A stretch of 63,337 nt of DNA, the filler included, from Reclinomonas americana ATCC 50394 (taxonomy: Eukaryota): assembly GCA_048213135.1 (NCBI GenBank). It is 14 parts of 14 records of this genome, joined end to end, with 100 filler letters (N's around TTAATTAATTAA, not from the genome) between each part and the next. Parts side by side here need not be neighbours in the genome. Positions count along the whole stretch, not along the records: positions 9,835 to 19,243 come from AFZH01019286.1; positions 19,344 to 27,810 come from AFZH01019289.1; 12 more parts are not named here. The stretch is one strand, 5' to 3'. The notes under the pieces were generated by a model. The model ran no database searches, had not been told where the DNA came from, and worked only from the letters and a program-made list of their open reading frames with translations. Each line of letters begins with the position of its first letter. Positions within the stretch are counted from its first letter, which is position 1. A program made the position numbers and the translations under genes. Positions 11,173-23,905 of the stretch are shown one piece after another.

Positions 11173-13606
11173 CTACTTCACGGCTACATAATCGCCCTCG
11201 GCGGCTGTGCTGCCTGTTTTTACCGCGGCTGGCACCGAGGTGATTACGGCCGGCGCCTCAAAGGCCGCTTGCTGACTGCGCTTCCGCATCCAGATCTTGT
11301 TGCGCCAGTGCAGAATGAGCGCCACGCCGACGCCGGCCAGCGCCACGAACAGCAGGACCAGGAACGACAGCTGGAAGCAGTCGGTGCCGAAGCATGTTTC
11401 GTCATTGTCGACAATCTGTATGCGCAGTTCAGCAGCAGCACTGGCGGGGACGGAGGGCGACGTCGAAGCGCAACATGCTCGTCGTAGATTTTGCCGGTCA
11501 TCACGCCGAGAACGGTGATGCCGAAGCCGGGTGCGGTGGCCATCAGGCCAAAGTTGATGCCGTACTGGCGCTTGCCAAACATCTCACGGGTCACGCACGG
11601 GAAGATGGCAAAGGTGCCTGTCGGTACGAGTGTGAGACACACAGTTTCATCTCTTTCTGTCTCTTTTGGGGTGAACACGCACCGCCGTAGCAGAGGCCAA
11701 CAAGAATGGTGACGGCCACGACCGAGGCCGAGTTGACCACAAAGTACACGGTGAGGTAGCCGATAAACATGCCGGCGCCCGACAGCGCCAAAAAGTACAA
11801 GCGTGGAACGCGGTGGACGCTGTGCGAGGCGTCAGAATCGACCGTTTGCGCACACATGAAAGGGTATAAACGCAACATGACGTCGCTGAGGAAGCCCCAC
11901 AGCAGTCGGCCAGCGGCGTTGCTGATGGACAAGACAATCACCAGCTGGTCCTTGAATTCCTGCCAGCAGCTGTTTGGTGAGTATTATCGCCCCTTTTTGC
12001 CAGTCGACCTCACTCACCGAGCTCATGTACTGACTCGCAGTCTGGAGCATGCAGACAGATGGCAGGAAAGAGTCAGCACACGGAGCACAACTCAGAAAGA
12101 GCGCACACACACGAACCACAAAGCCGAGGTTGTTGATCCAGCACAAACCCGGCTGCACAAGCGCACAAGTCAAGCACCGCCACACACACACAGAGCACCG
12201 TGCATCGAAAAGCGTGCACACACCGACGCGATCAACAACACAGAGAAGAACAGCAGGTACATGCGAATGTCGCGGAAAATGGCCCAGCCGCCAATGTCGA
12301 TCTCCGGCAGTGACTCGGTGATGCCCAGTGCCGACGGCGCCTGGCCGTCTGCTCCCTTTTTGAAATCGTCGGCTACACGACAGTGGCTTGTGAGGTCCAC
12401 GCACGCGTGCGCAAACAAAGGAAAGAGAAACAACGAAAAGACGCACCGCTCATTGTGGCGCCGTGGGACTTGATGGCCGTTGCTGTCGCACCCGACTCCA
12501 CATCGGCCGCTGCAGCAGGTGTCAGAAGAGTGTGCGTACGTGTAAGAAACAAAGGCGCACGCACGTTCCGCATTGGTGAGCAGTTTTCGCCGCTCGCCCT
12601 CGCCCTCATCGTCGCTGTTGGCCTCCGGAGCGCGAGGCGGAATATCAGACAGCCGATTCACCATGATGCCGCCGAGGAGGATGGTGACGCCGGGAAACAC
12701 GGCAAGGAACAACAAAAAGTTGGAGAGGCTGCCTCACACCACGACGATCATGAGCACAGTGTGCACACACACTACAAGCAGAAGCGAGCGAGCAAGTGAG
12801 CGCAACGATCCCGGTGTGACCTCGTTGAACACATCCATCGAGTGAAACGTGGTCATGATGGCGGCGCTGAGCCCAAAGAACGACACCAGCAGACCGGTGA
12901 TCTGCGCAGCTTGCATGAGACTCTCAGAGAGAAGGAGGAGAGAGAGAGAGACATCACCTTTCCGCGATGCTTCTGATCAAAATTGCACTCGTTGCCGAGC
13001 AAGGCGGCCACAAACGCGCACGAGCATCCCTGCCCGGCAATCGCCATGAAGATACCCAGCACCAGTGGCGGTGCCGAGAACCATCCTTGCGTCACACAGT
13101 ACATCAGAAAGTACCTTTGAGAGAGAGTCAGAGAGTCAGAGAGAGATGTGAGAACTTTTCGCGTCGGCGTACCCAAGAAACGCGCATACTCCGCCGACAA
13201 AGTGCGTGAGATGCGGGCCAAGGTGGTGATACAGAGTGCCAGTGGTGATGGCCAAGTACAGCCTGTGCGTTGTTGTCAATCAATGAGGCGACTGCTGCAA
13301 TCCCGCAGAGGAGATGCGCGCCTGATCTGCACTCACCCCCAGTCGCCGACTGACGAAACCAACGCCGCCTCTGTCTGATCGTAGTGCAAGTGCTCCTTCA
13401 GCTGTGGTGCATACACCGAGTAACAGTAGAGATTGCCTGGGGGAAGAGGGAAGAGAGCAATGAGTTCGTCGGGGCTCCATTGCCTTTTTTGGCGCGATCT
13501 CACCGGCGACGGCCATGACGAGGCAGCCGAAGATGAGACTGGTGAGCTTGAGGAAGGTTAGGCTCACGCCGAGGCGGTGCGCGAGTCGGAACGCCAGCGC
13601 AGGCAT
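11173..13606 (-). CDS. Major facilitator superfamily transporter (nodulin-like/Mch1-like), multi-exon; start uncertain
   Basis: GCLVMAVAG, HLHYDQTE..VGDWGLYL, NFDQKHRGKITGLLVSFFGLSAAI, SISNAAGRLLWGFLSD, REMFGKRQYGINFG, CFGTDCFQLSF. Confidence 0.85.
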
Positions 13607-13688
13607 TGGTGCAGAGGTAATCGAAGAGATTTCCATGCATCCATGCGACGGACCAAACCACCTCATTTTTTCCGTATTGCTGTGAGAG

Positions 13689-15329
13689 ATGAACAAGTTG
13701 GTCTTGCTGACTGTCGCGCTTGTGTGCGCTCTGCTGGTGGTGAGTCGCGCTGTGTTTTCTCGTGTTGTGATGTGTGGGGGGGTCGCGTGGGGGTGAGAAA
13801 TGTCATGGCCATGACACACTTTTACCACTCTCTCTCCCTCTTCTCTTGTGTTGCTCACTTGCGCGCGTGTGTGTGTGTGAGCAGGCGTCGTCGGTGTCGG
13901 CCTCTGTGCCGGCTCGCAGCCCCGTGGGCATGTTGCGTCAGTGAGAGAAAGAGAGTGTTATTTGTGCAAGGCCGCATAACTTATTGTTCCGCTTTTCCCT
14001 CCGTCGCTCTCTCCAGTGACATGTGCCCGCTCTGCGTCAACTTCATGGGGTGAGTTGAACTGCCCACTGTTGCCCCCTCTCTCCTCTCCACTCCTCGCTC
14101 ATTGTGTGTTCTTTCTCAACAGCGAGAGCATCAACGAGCTGTTGAACATTATCCTGGTGAGTTCCTCTCTCTTGTGTGTGTGCCGTCTCGTGTGGCCAGC
14201 AGAGTCTCACCTCCTGCCCTCTGCCTGCTTTACAGAATGCTGGTGCGCGGCATCGTGTCTGATTTCTCCGTGTCCGCATGAGGGCCGATACACTTACTCT
14301 CTCTCTCTTGTCTCTCGTTCTCTTTGCCGTCTCTAGGTGTCGTCGGTGGAGTTGCGTTCTTGTGCTGCGAGTTGGATCGAGCTCCCCGCTTCATTTGGCA
14401 CTCACTCTTCTTGTTTTGTTTTCGGCGTGCAGTGCTCTGACCTGTGCGGCCAGCTTCCAAAGGAGCTCGAGCAAGTCGTCTGCAACCTGCTGGTGCGTCT
14501 CTTGTCCCCTCTCCCTCAGGCATAGCCGGAGAGTGTGTTTGCTGATCTTTGGTGTCGTGCAGTGCGACTACGTGGGCATTGAGGAGTTCATCAAGGCGAT
14601 TCAGAAGGCCGACCTCGACCCGATCTACTACTGCCAGCTGATCCACGTGTGCCCGGACAACGACTGCACTGGCCAGTGCGCTCAGATCAGCAGCCTGACT
14701 GTGCAGCCGCCGTCTGGCCGCACCGGTCAGAAGTTCGACATTAACCTCCTCTTCGGCGTGTTGCGTCTCTTCATTCCCCCGCCGCTCGTCGCACGTTGTC
14801 GGAAGAAGTGTTCCTCACTCGACTTCATATGAATTATCATCACAGCTTCAACCCGGCTGGCACTGGCGAGATCGACTGCGAGGGTGAGTGTTTGGCGTGT
14901 GCACGGCGGCATGCCCATCAGCACGTTTCTGATTTCGTGTGTTCCCCCCTTCTCGCAGTGATTCCCCCGGTCGGCTTCCCGGTCGGCGGCGGCGACCTCG
15001 TCCCCGAGTTCAAGCCCGGCAACTACACTGCCACCTTCACCCTGTCGACCGAGCCGACGGAGGACACTCCGTTCGTCCCCGGCGTGTACAAGGGTGCGTC
15101 GGTACACAGCGCTTCTCACCACCTCCTTGTCTTCTCATTCCCTCCTTTCTCTTTGCAGTCGACTGCGCCATCTGCGAGGGCGAGTGCGGTTCTGGCGTTG
15201 CGTCACGCTTCAATTTCACTCCATTGCGAGAAGAGACATATGACCGCTCACTTTTCCCTTCCCTACACACAGCACCCGCACAGCCGCATCTTCGACGAGA
15301 AGACCACCACCTTCACCATCACCAACTAA
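13689..15329 (+). CDS. Countin-like secreted saposin-B domain protein (copy 2) with micro-exons
   Basis: MNKLVLLTVALVCALLV..DMCPLCVNFMGESINELLNIILNAGVVGGCSDLCGQL..VCNLLCDYVGIEEFIKAIQKADLDPIYYCQ..CEGECGSGHPHSRIFD. Confidence 0.88.
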
Positions 15330-15489
15330 AACGCGGCGTCGCGGACCTACACATTGCCTTTTTTGATGTGAGGTTTCTGTCATTCCGTTTTTCACCCTCT
15401 GCACATGCCGGCAGTCTGGCGTGCTTGTTTTCTTGTTGAAGAATGAAGTGTCAAGGACACGCGCGGCTTGTGCACATGTTCATGTTTGT

Positions 15490-17883
15490 TTATAATTGAA
15501 TGATTTCCACACGCACGCGGTCGGCCACTGGCGACACACGCGGTCCTCTTGACGGCCCAGCCGCCGGCGACGATGACTCCGCCTGTGACAGCGACGGTGG
15601 TGCTGGTGGGAAGGCGTCGACACGAGCCACCGAGCGGCCGGTGGACACGTAGCGTGGATTGACGCACACGCAGCCGTCGACGACCTTGACAAACTGGGTC
15701 AGACGGGAGGGCGTCACCAGAATGTCGGGCCGCCGCGGCATCTCCACGTGCTGCGCGTACGTAAAGTCGAGTGGCACTTGCACCGATGGCGGGAAGAGCG
15801 GGTAGAGTGAGCGCTGACGCAGCAGGCCGTGACGCAGCAGCGACGAGATGCGATCGCCGGCCGCGTCCATGAGCGAGGCTGGGTCGGAGCCGAACGAGAT
15901 GCCTTCCGCACTCAAGTTCATCAGCACGTCCACCGACGTGGCCGCCACCGTCAGGCCTCGCACCTCGAGGACCGACGGATTCGGCACGCAGGTCACCGAC
16001 GACTGGAAAACAGGAAAGGGGGCGTGAGCTCGTGAGGGATTTGGTTTGTAGCAGTGTAAATGGATGAGTGCACACTAACCACATCGGCCGTGACACGGAA
16101 ATTGGTGGCAAATGGCGGCTGCGGGTACACAAAATCGTGATGCGCGTCCTTGAGCGACGGCATCAGCACCAGCTTCGGTGGCGGAACAACGGCGTCCTCG
16201 GCCGCCGCCGCCCGCTCCAGTCGCTCCACACAGAATTCCTTGACGAGCCACTCGAAGCGCTCCTCGAACAGCACATCGTCGTCCAGCGAGTCCTTGTCAA
16301 TGTCGACAAACGGACCCAGCAGCAGCAAAAAGTCGACGCGCTGTGTAATGGCCGCGTCGACCACGTCGCGCAAATCGTCCTCGCTGGGGAACGGACCGGC
16401 GGCCACCAGGAACGACACTGGTGCTTCGGGCACCAGGGCGGGATTGGACATGGGTTCTGGCGGTGGTGGCTGAGAAGCGAAAAAGTGAGCGAGAAGGCGA
16501 GAGGGAGTGTGATTAAATAAACGTGCAACAGGGCGCACCAGGAACAGCTGGCTCGCACGAATCGTCTGCCCGTCAATGTTCATGCCGCGCACGGCCACCA
16601 CCTGGCCCGGGAAGAAGACAAACCACGGCAAGTCGCGCACAATCAGACGCGCTCGCTCACCCTGCATTTTGTCGAGCAGTGAGAACACAGAGGAGGAGGC
16701 ACGCGCAATCTCTGTGTCACGAAACATCCGAGTCCTCCAGATCGCCCTCAATCAGAATCGACTCGGCATTCCACTTGCCGTCCTCCGTGTCTGGCAGCAG
16801 TCGACCGCAAAACACCACCGCCTCTTGCCGGATGCAACGAATCGGCGCACGCTCCTCGGCGAGGGCATTGTGCGCGAGAATCAGCGACGACAGCGAAGCG
16901 AGACGGTGCTTGAGGTGGTCCGCACGCCGCGTCAGCGGTTCACGCATGTAGCGGAACTCCTAATCCACACAGCGATGAGGGGAAGCGCACGAACGCAGAA
17001 GCGCACGCGGGTGTGTAGAAGCGTACCCTCGGCAGCGCATTCAGCACGCGAATCACCAGCGACGGTGACCGACCGTGCTCCCCCGGCGACCCCTGCAGTC
17101 CCTCGTTGTGTACCAAATGCACCTGCGCAACAACGACAATAAGAGGAGGCAACGCAGACGCGGGAGGCACGAGCCACACGCGCGAATCCCCGCACCTTGC
17201 CACGATTCTGGTTGATAGGCGACCGCAGTGGCGTGTGCAACTTCATCGGCTTGGGCGTCGACGCACCACGAAACGGCGACGAGGCGCGACGCGACGAGCG
17301 GCCCTGTTGCGGCGAACTGTCAATCTCCATGGCCTGGCCGCACACACGCGCGAGCAGAGGGGTGTCAATGCGCAGAGAGACAGAGAAAGAGAAAGAGCCA
17401 CACACACACTCTCTCACCTCGCCAACCGACGACCCAATGCGCGATGGCATTCTGCATTGCTCAGCAAGTGTCAGTTCATCTGTCTGTGCTGTGCTGTGTG
17501 CGGTGGGAGGGTGACGCAACGACTGAATGGTCTCCTTGGTGAAGGTGCCGCCGAGGGTGGCCGAGACGGGCTTGCGTGCGGGTGCGCTCTTCCTCGCCGG
17601 CTTCTTTGCCTGCTTGATCATGAATTTGTTGAAGCGGTCAATGACATCGTCGGTGATCTCAGAGCAGCCGGCGTTCATGACGAATGCCTGTGCGAGGACG
17701 TGGTGAGCAGATTGTGAAAGAGAGAGACAAGCACACACACTCACTCACCTCAAACTTTGTTGCCATGTCCTCAGTCGACTGCACATCAAACTCGCGCATC
17801 ATGTCACACAGGCGCTCACTGGTCGCGCCTGACACCTCCAGCGCACGCCGCGCAAACGCCTCCCGCAACGCACTCGACGCCAT
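15490..17883 (-). CDS. POLA2: DNA polymerase alpha subunit B
   Basis: GRLLPD..GKWNAESILIEG, FPGQVVAVRGMNIDG, VAAGPF, LLLLGPFVD, PSLKDAHHDFVYPQPPF, LLRQRSLYPLFPP, PDILVTPSRL, VCVNP. Confidence 0.92.
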
Positions 17884-17939
17884 TTCTACACCGTTCAATT
17901 CGTCGCAAGGCAAACCCCGGGACAGTTCCGCGACGCGAG

Positions 17940-18040
17940 CACTTGGCGCGTAAAACAACAATCCCGCGCGCGGGTGGGCAAACCTCTAATTTCGCGCCCG
18001 ATTCATTTTCTTGCCCACTTTCGTGCGCGCGCCAAGTGAT
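17940..18040. promoter_or_regulatory. Putative E2F/DP-type sites in the shared POLA2/dNK divergent promoter
   Basis: TTGGCGCG (17943), TTTCGCGC (17990) and CGCGCCAA (~18028) resemble the TTTSSCGC consensus and lie between two DNA-metabolism genes. Confidence 0.45.
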
Positions 18041-18337
18041 TAGCGCCCTTTTTTTTGTGCGCTCCCCCCCCCCTCTCTCGCTCTCTTTGTTGTTGTTTAT
18101 GCGATTTAGCTTGCTTCCACTCTTGGGTGAGTGTGCGTGTGCGTGCGTGAGAGAGTGTGTGTGTCACGACACGTTTTATGCACACAGGTTTGCTATGTCA
18201 TGCGACTCACTCACTTCATGCGCGCAGGGTCTTCAATCGCGCGCTTCTCCACCTCCACCACCGCTCACACTCCGCCCGTGTGCCGTCTCTCCGCACCACT
18301 TGCTCCTCTTCTCAAGCATAAAGCATCGTCCATTATC

Positions 18338-19483
18338 ATGAGCACGACAACCACAGTGACCACGACCACAACCACGCCCTCCTCGGCTGTGCTCAATGGC
18401 CTCGCTCGTCGCGGCGCCATTGTGTGTCTCGAGGGCAACATCTCCGCCGGCAAGAGCACCCTCTCGCGCGACCTGGAGGAGCTGTGCCGCGCAGGTGGCG
18501 AGAGCCTCCGTGTGTACCTCGAGCCCACTGTGCAGAACCCCTTCCTCGACCGCTTCTATGCCGAGCCGCGCAAGTACGCTCTGCGTATGCAGATCTGGCT
18601 GCTGCGACAGCGCTTCTTCACATTCATCAAGGTACATTTCCTTCCCACCCATCCCCCACCCCGCTCCCGAAGTGACTCATTGATTGCGTGTGCAGGCGCT
18701 GCGGCACAACCTGACCACCGGCCACGGTGTGATTCTCGACCGCTCCGTCTACAGCGACATTGTGTTTGCGCGAAAGAACTTTGACGATGGCCAGATTGAT
18801 TCGCTCCAGTACGAATTCTACTTGCGCCTGCGGGCACGCATGCTGGAGCGGCTGCCGATGCCGCACATGGTGCTGTACCTCGACGTGACGCCAGAGGAGT
18901 GCTTTGATCGTGTGCACCGTGTGCGAGGCCGCGAGTGCGAGAGCGGCATTCCGCTCGATTACCTCTCCGGCCTCCACCGCTGCTACCAGTCGTTCCTCGA
19001 CATGATGGGCACTGGCGGCTCGCGCGTCATTCGTCTGCAGGTGTGTGTCGATGGCATTTGTGTCTTTTGTGATGCGTCACTGATTATTTTTTGTGGCAGT
19101 GGGAGGAGTTTGGCAATGTGCGCGACGTGTTGTCGACGTTGCAGCGCGTGTCGGCTCAGGGCATTGCGGAGGAGTGGAGCCGCTGCCTGCAGGATGTTGT
19201 CGACTTGTTGCGTGCCTGCGCGCACCTGTTTTAACCGCCTTGCNNNNNNNNNNNNNNNNNNNNNNNNNNNNNNNNNNNNNNNNNNNNTTAATTAATTAAN
19301 NNNNNNNNNNNNNNNNNNNNNNNNNNNNNNNNNNNNNNNNNNNCTGGACTACTTGGCGATTGTGCAGCGTGCAAGTTGCGCGCCATTTTGCCGATTTCAT
19401 GCCATGTGGCGGTGGTCTAACGAGTGTGTTTGTTCATGTGTGCAGCCGCGAGAAGGGACTCGGACGAGGAGGACGACTGGTAG
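18338..19483 (+). CDS. Deoxynucleoside kinase (dNK family), spans a spacer
   Basis: P-loop LEGNISAGKST; EP..NPFLDRFYAEPRKYALRMQIWLLRQR; LDRSVYSDIVFA; RGRECESGIPLDYL. Confidence 0.9.
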
Positions 19484-19665
19484 AAAAAAACAATAGTCTT
19501 CGTGCTCCTTCTGCGTGTTCTTGCCCCCCTTCTTTTCTCTCTCTCTCTCTCTCTCTCAAGTATGCATGTGCCGCCTCAGATCGGAATTGTAGGTAGTCTA
19601 GTTGTCACTATTACTTGCGAATTGAGTATTAGGGGAGGATTTTTTGGTGGGAGAAAGAGGTGGGA

Positions 19666-22600
19666 TTAGAGTCTAGCGTCCTGCTGTTGGAGGCTGGGAT
19701 GGCGGTACCACTCCAGCTCGTTTGCACCGCCGTGGTGCGCGGCCTCGGTGGCGGTATCTCCCTGCGTGCACGCCATTGTCAGTGTCCACAGAAGAGACGA
19801 CTGTGCGTCGGGTGGTGCACGCAACATTGCGAAGCATTGCATTCGCGTAGGAGCCGCCGTGATGGCGGAGGAAACGCCACCAGTACCACAACAGCACATA
19901 CAGTGTGGCCAGCACCAGCACGGTGAGTGAGGTGGCAAACAGGGGCACATTTTGTTGGAAACCGGCGTACACTGCGTGTGAGAGAGCGAGGCAAGTGCAC
20001 GAGTGAGTGGTGCAGGAGACAAGAGCAGTAGCGTAGGTCCTACATACCAGTCCAGACAAACAGAAACACAAGCTGCGCGCGCGAGAAAATGGAGAGGCAT
20101 GTGAGGAAATAGATGAGGGGTACTTGTGGCACGACAAGAGACGCACCACAATCACGTGCAGTGACGTGGTGAGTGTGCGCACAACACGTCGCGTGGTGAA
20201 CACTTCGAATCGCGTGGTGCGTCGTGCTGAACCGTCGTAGATGCGGGAGAAAAAGTTGTACTGCGCAGAAGCTCGTGAGCCACACTCGGGAAGAAGGAAG
20301 GAGATCGCCACAGGAGTACCTTGTGCGCAAAGTGACTGCAGACAAAGTAGGCGAACCCGAGAGGCACCAGCAGAGGGACGAAAACGCTGTGTATCCGTGT
20401 CAGCCACCCACAGAGAAATCGGCCTCACAACAACAACAACACCACACACCTGTACGTTGCTACCATGGCAAATGTGACAAACATGGACGAGTACGCCTCA
20501 ATGTAGGAAAAGTCCAGCGGCTGAATGGTTTTCCGCATCTCATCCGGCGTCACGGCACTGCGCGATCGCCAAAAGAGCAGAACGCTGTCGAGAATCTCCG
20601 CAAGATTGCCAGGCACCTCGATGAACAAGTTGTCCAGCACGAATGCCATGACTGGAGGGGCGCGCGGATACGAACTGTCAGCAGCGAGCGCACCGCGAGG
20701 TGGTACACATCACTAGACTCACATAGCACGGCACTGGCGGGTGAAAACACTCCACGGAGGATGGTCGACAAGTTCTCTCCGTCACTGCAACTCCACGCAT
20801 CAGTCATGATCACGTGCAAATACACGCAGCGCTACTCATGAGGTCGCACCGAGTGGATTCGACAACAGTGGAGACGGCATTGACGGCGAGCAACGGTAGA
20901 AACACGAGACTGATGACCAGGTAGGTCAGAGTGCGGAAAATGATGGAGCCCTGTGCCCAGTCGGCCGACAGCGGTCGTTCTTGCATGGTGGTTACACTGG
21001 AGCCAATTGGACGAGAGTCTGGTGAGTTGCCATGTGCGTTGGGTAGCACGAGCAGGTAGACTACTCACCGCACGAATATCGGCAACAGTTTTTGCAGCGC
21101 AAACAGCAACAGGACTGGAACGTAGGTGGTGAGAAGAGCCGCCAGCCATGGCGACCAGCCGGCGACCGCTGCACATCACGAGGTGAGACTGCGAAGATAA
21201 AGGGGGGAGAGAGAGAGCATGGCGCACAAACCCGAGATGACGCTGCTGACGACATCAAAGCCGGCGATTTGTCGGAGAGTTGTCAACACCGCGAGGGGTG
21301 TGGTGAGAAAGACGATAATGACGATGAACACGAGGCGCCAGATGATGGTTGACAGTCGCTGCTGCCAGCGTGGGACCTGCGCACACACAGCTTGTCAATG
21401 ACACACACACACACACTGATGGACACACGAGACGAGCAGTGGCATAGAAACCTCAAGGTTCTCCCAGATGACCATGTCGGATTCCATGGCTCGCCGCACA
21501 CCGAATGGGTGCGGGCCGGCCAGGCACTTCTTCGCCACCTCTGCACTGCTGAAGATCACAAAGCCGCGGGAACCACACGTTTCCACAGCCTCCTGTGCAC
21601 CACTGAGGGCGTGCTGCGACTCCAGCAAGGTGGCCTGTCGCATCTTGAACTCGTCGCGCAAATCCTCCAACCGCTTCTCCTTTCTGTGGAGACAGATCAG
21701 TCTTCCTTACCCCCCTCGATGGTGTGGCGAGCGATACAAGAGAGTCACGCACTTGGCGCAGCAGGCGCAGCAGCAGCACACACAGCGGAAGCGATGGATG
21801 AACGACGATCGGCCCTGCAAATACAGCACTTCGGCGCGCTCGAGCTCCTGCTCCTCTTTCTGTAGCTTCTTCATGTCTTTCAGGTAGGCACGAAGTGGCG
21901 GCACAATCTGCACGAAAAAGTGAGTGCACAACAAGCACAGCAGCCCTGCTATCACGCACCTCCACGTGCTCAATGTTGACACGGTCGGTGCGCTTCGCAA
22001 AGCGATCCTCGACTGTGGCGTGCACCACCGAAATCTTCTCCCTTGGCAGGCTCTGACGTGCACACGGACTTGGTCAGGAGGCACACAGAGGAAAAGAGGA
22101 AGCACCATGAACCGACCTCGATGAGCAGAGTGCGCTTCGCCAGGTGGTGAACGGGATTGTCGGGCCGATGCAGAATGTGTCTGTGCCGTCTCAGTGGTGA
22201 GTCGGAGTAAAAAAACGGCGACCGGCCACGTCAGCGCACTCACCGCAAACGATGCGGAACTACTGAACTCACGTCGAACCGCCAGAAACAAAACACCACG
22301 ACCAGGACCGCCATGCTGAACGGAGCCCACATGCGGGAGGTCTGCGCACAAGCATGAGAACAGCATGCGGGCTACAATTCCAGGGCCGATGTAGTAGGCA
22401 CCTGAAGCTCAATGTTCTCCACAGTGGTGATGGCAAACTCGTATCTGCAGCAGCGCGACGGGTGTCAGAGTGGACAAAGCACCATCACCGACGACAAGCC
22501 ACGCAACTCTGACGTTGTGTTCCTCGACGGGAATTCGATGGCGATGCTGACACAGTGGTGAGTGTGAGTGAATCTGCGAAACACCAGCACAACAAACCAC

Positions 22601-23457
22601 TCTCCACGTTCACACCTGTCGCCCGTGGCGTTGACCGGCAGCAGAATCAGAACCGCCGGCACCATCATGCACAGCACGGCGAGGATTACGGTGCGCTGGA
22701 AGCTAAACCACACCACCACATCCGCATTCAACACCTCCGCCTCGCCCTGCTTCGCTTCTTCCGAGTCGATCCACCCGTGCATCATCTCCTTCCATGTCAC
22801 CGAGCGATCGCCCAAGCGCGGACCCACCGCCAGCCGATCGTACTCATCCGCTGCATGATCGATGATCAGCCAGGCGACACACAGCAGCCGCACATTCGCG
22901 ACACGCACCACGACGCATATGCTCCTGGAAATCTCCCGACAAGTTCATCTCGCGCAGATCCCTCTTGTGTGGTGCACGCGGCATGTGATCCGCATCCGAA
23001 GGCGACATCGCTTTCGGTGGCTCGGCGTCAACAGTGCCATTGCCTCCTTCTGCTGCTGCTGGAGGAGGAGGAGGAGGGGGAGGAGGAGAAGGCAGTGCTG
23101 GAGGGCGATCACGGAGTGGTGGAGATGAAGGAGAGGCACCGCCATTGACAGTGACTTGTCGCGACGACGATCCATTCGAGACAGGAGAGGAGGAGGCCGA
23201 GGAGGAACCACGTTGTGCATCGCGCACCACCTGTCGCTCACGAGCTGCGTACTTGGCCGCTCGCGCCAGCACCTGCCGCACCGCTCGCCTTCGCAACCAC
23301 ACCGCCAGTGGCCACACAATCAACAGCAGGACGCCGCCGATGACTGAAAGGGAGGGCGGCTGGTGAGAGAAAGGAAGTGATGCGGTGACAACAGTGTGGC
23401 GGTGTAACTGAGGGAGAAGATGACGACCGGGAGGAGGAGGGAGCCACCACTGCTCAT
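19666..23457 (-). CDS. CSC1/OSCA/TMEM63-family calcium-permeable channel (ERD4-like), many exons
   Basis: VLILLPVNATG, GFVIFSS, RAMESDMVIWENL, IVFLTTPLAV, FSYIEAYSSMFVTFAMVATY, many TM segments. Confidence 0.8.
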
Positions 23458-23905
23458 TGTCGCGGAAAAAACACAGAACAATTGCAACTTGTCCGCGCGA
23501 TCTCCCGCCACGTTTGCTTCCAGACAGACGTCGCCTCGTGGTAGATGCATGTGCGAGTAGTGCGCAGCTGCACGGACCACCGACGCCCGCGCACTGGTCT
23601 TCTGCACAGCGATCTGTGATGATCGAAAATGTCGACGTCGCGAAAAAAGCAGCCGCTGAATGACGGCAGGAAAAAGGCTTTGCAGTTAGAAAAGGCATTA
23701 TGTGCACCATCAACATCGCAACCAGCGGCGAAGCCTGTTTGCATGTCAGCAACACCAATTTGTAACGTCCCGTGAAGTCGACAAAGTGTCCGTTTCGCCT
23801 TCAAACCGTCGGCCTTTTTAACGTATTTTTCGGGGGTGAAGAGACGTGCCCTGATTTGGAGTGAGTTCTCTGACTTGAGTGGTGCGGGTGGGCGAAAAAA
23901 GCACA

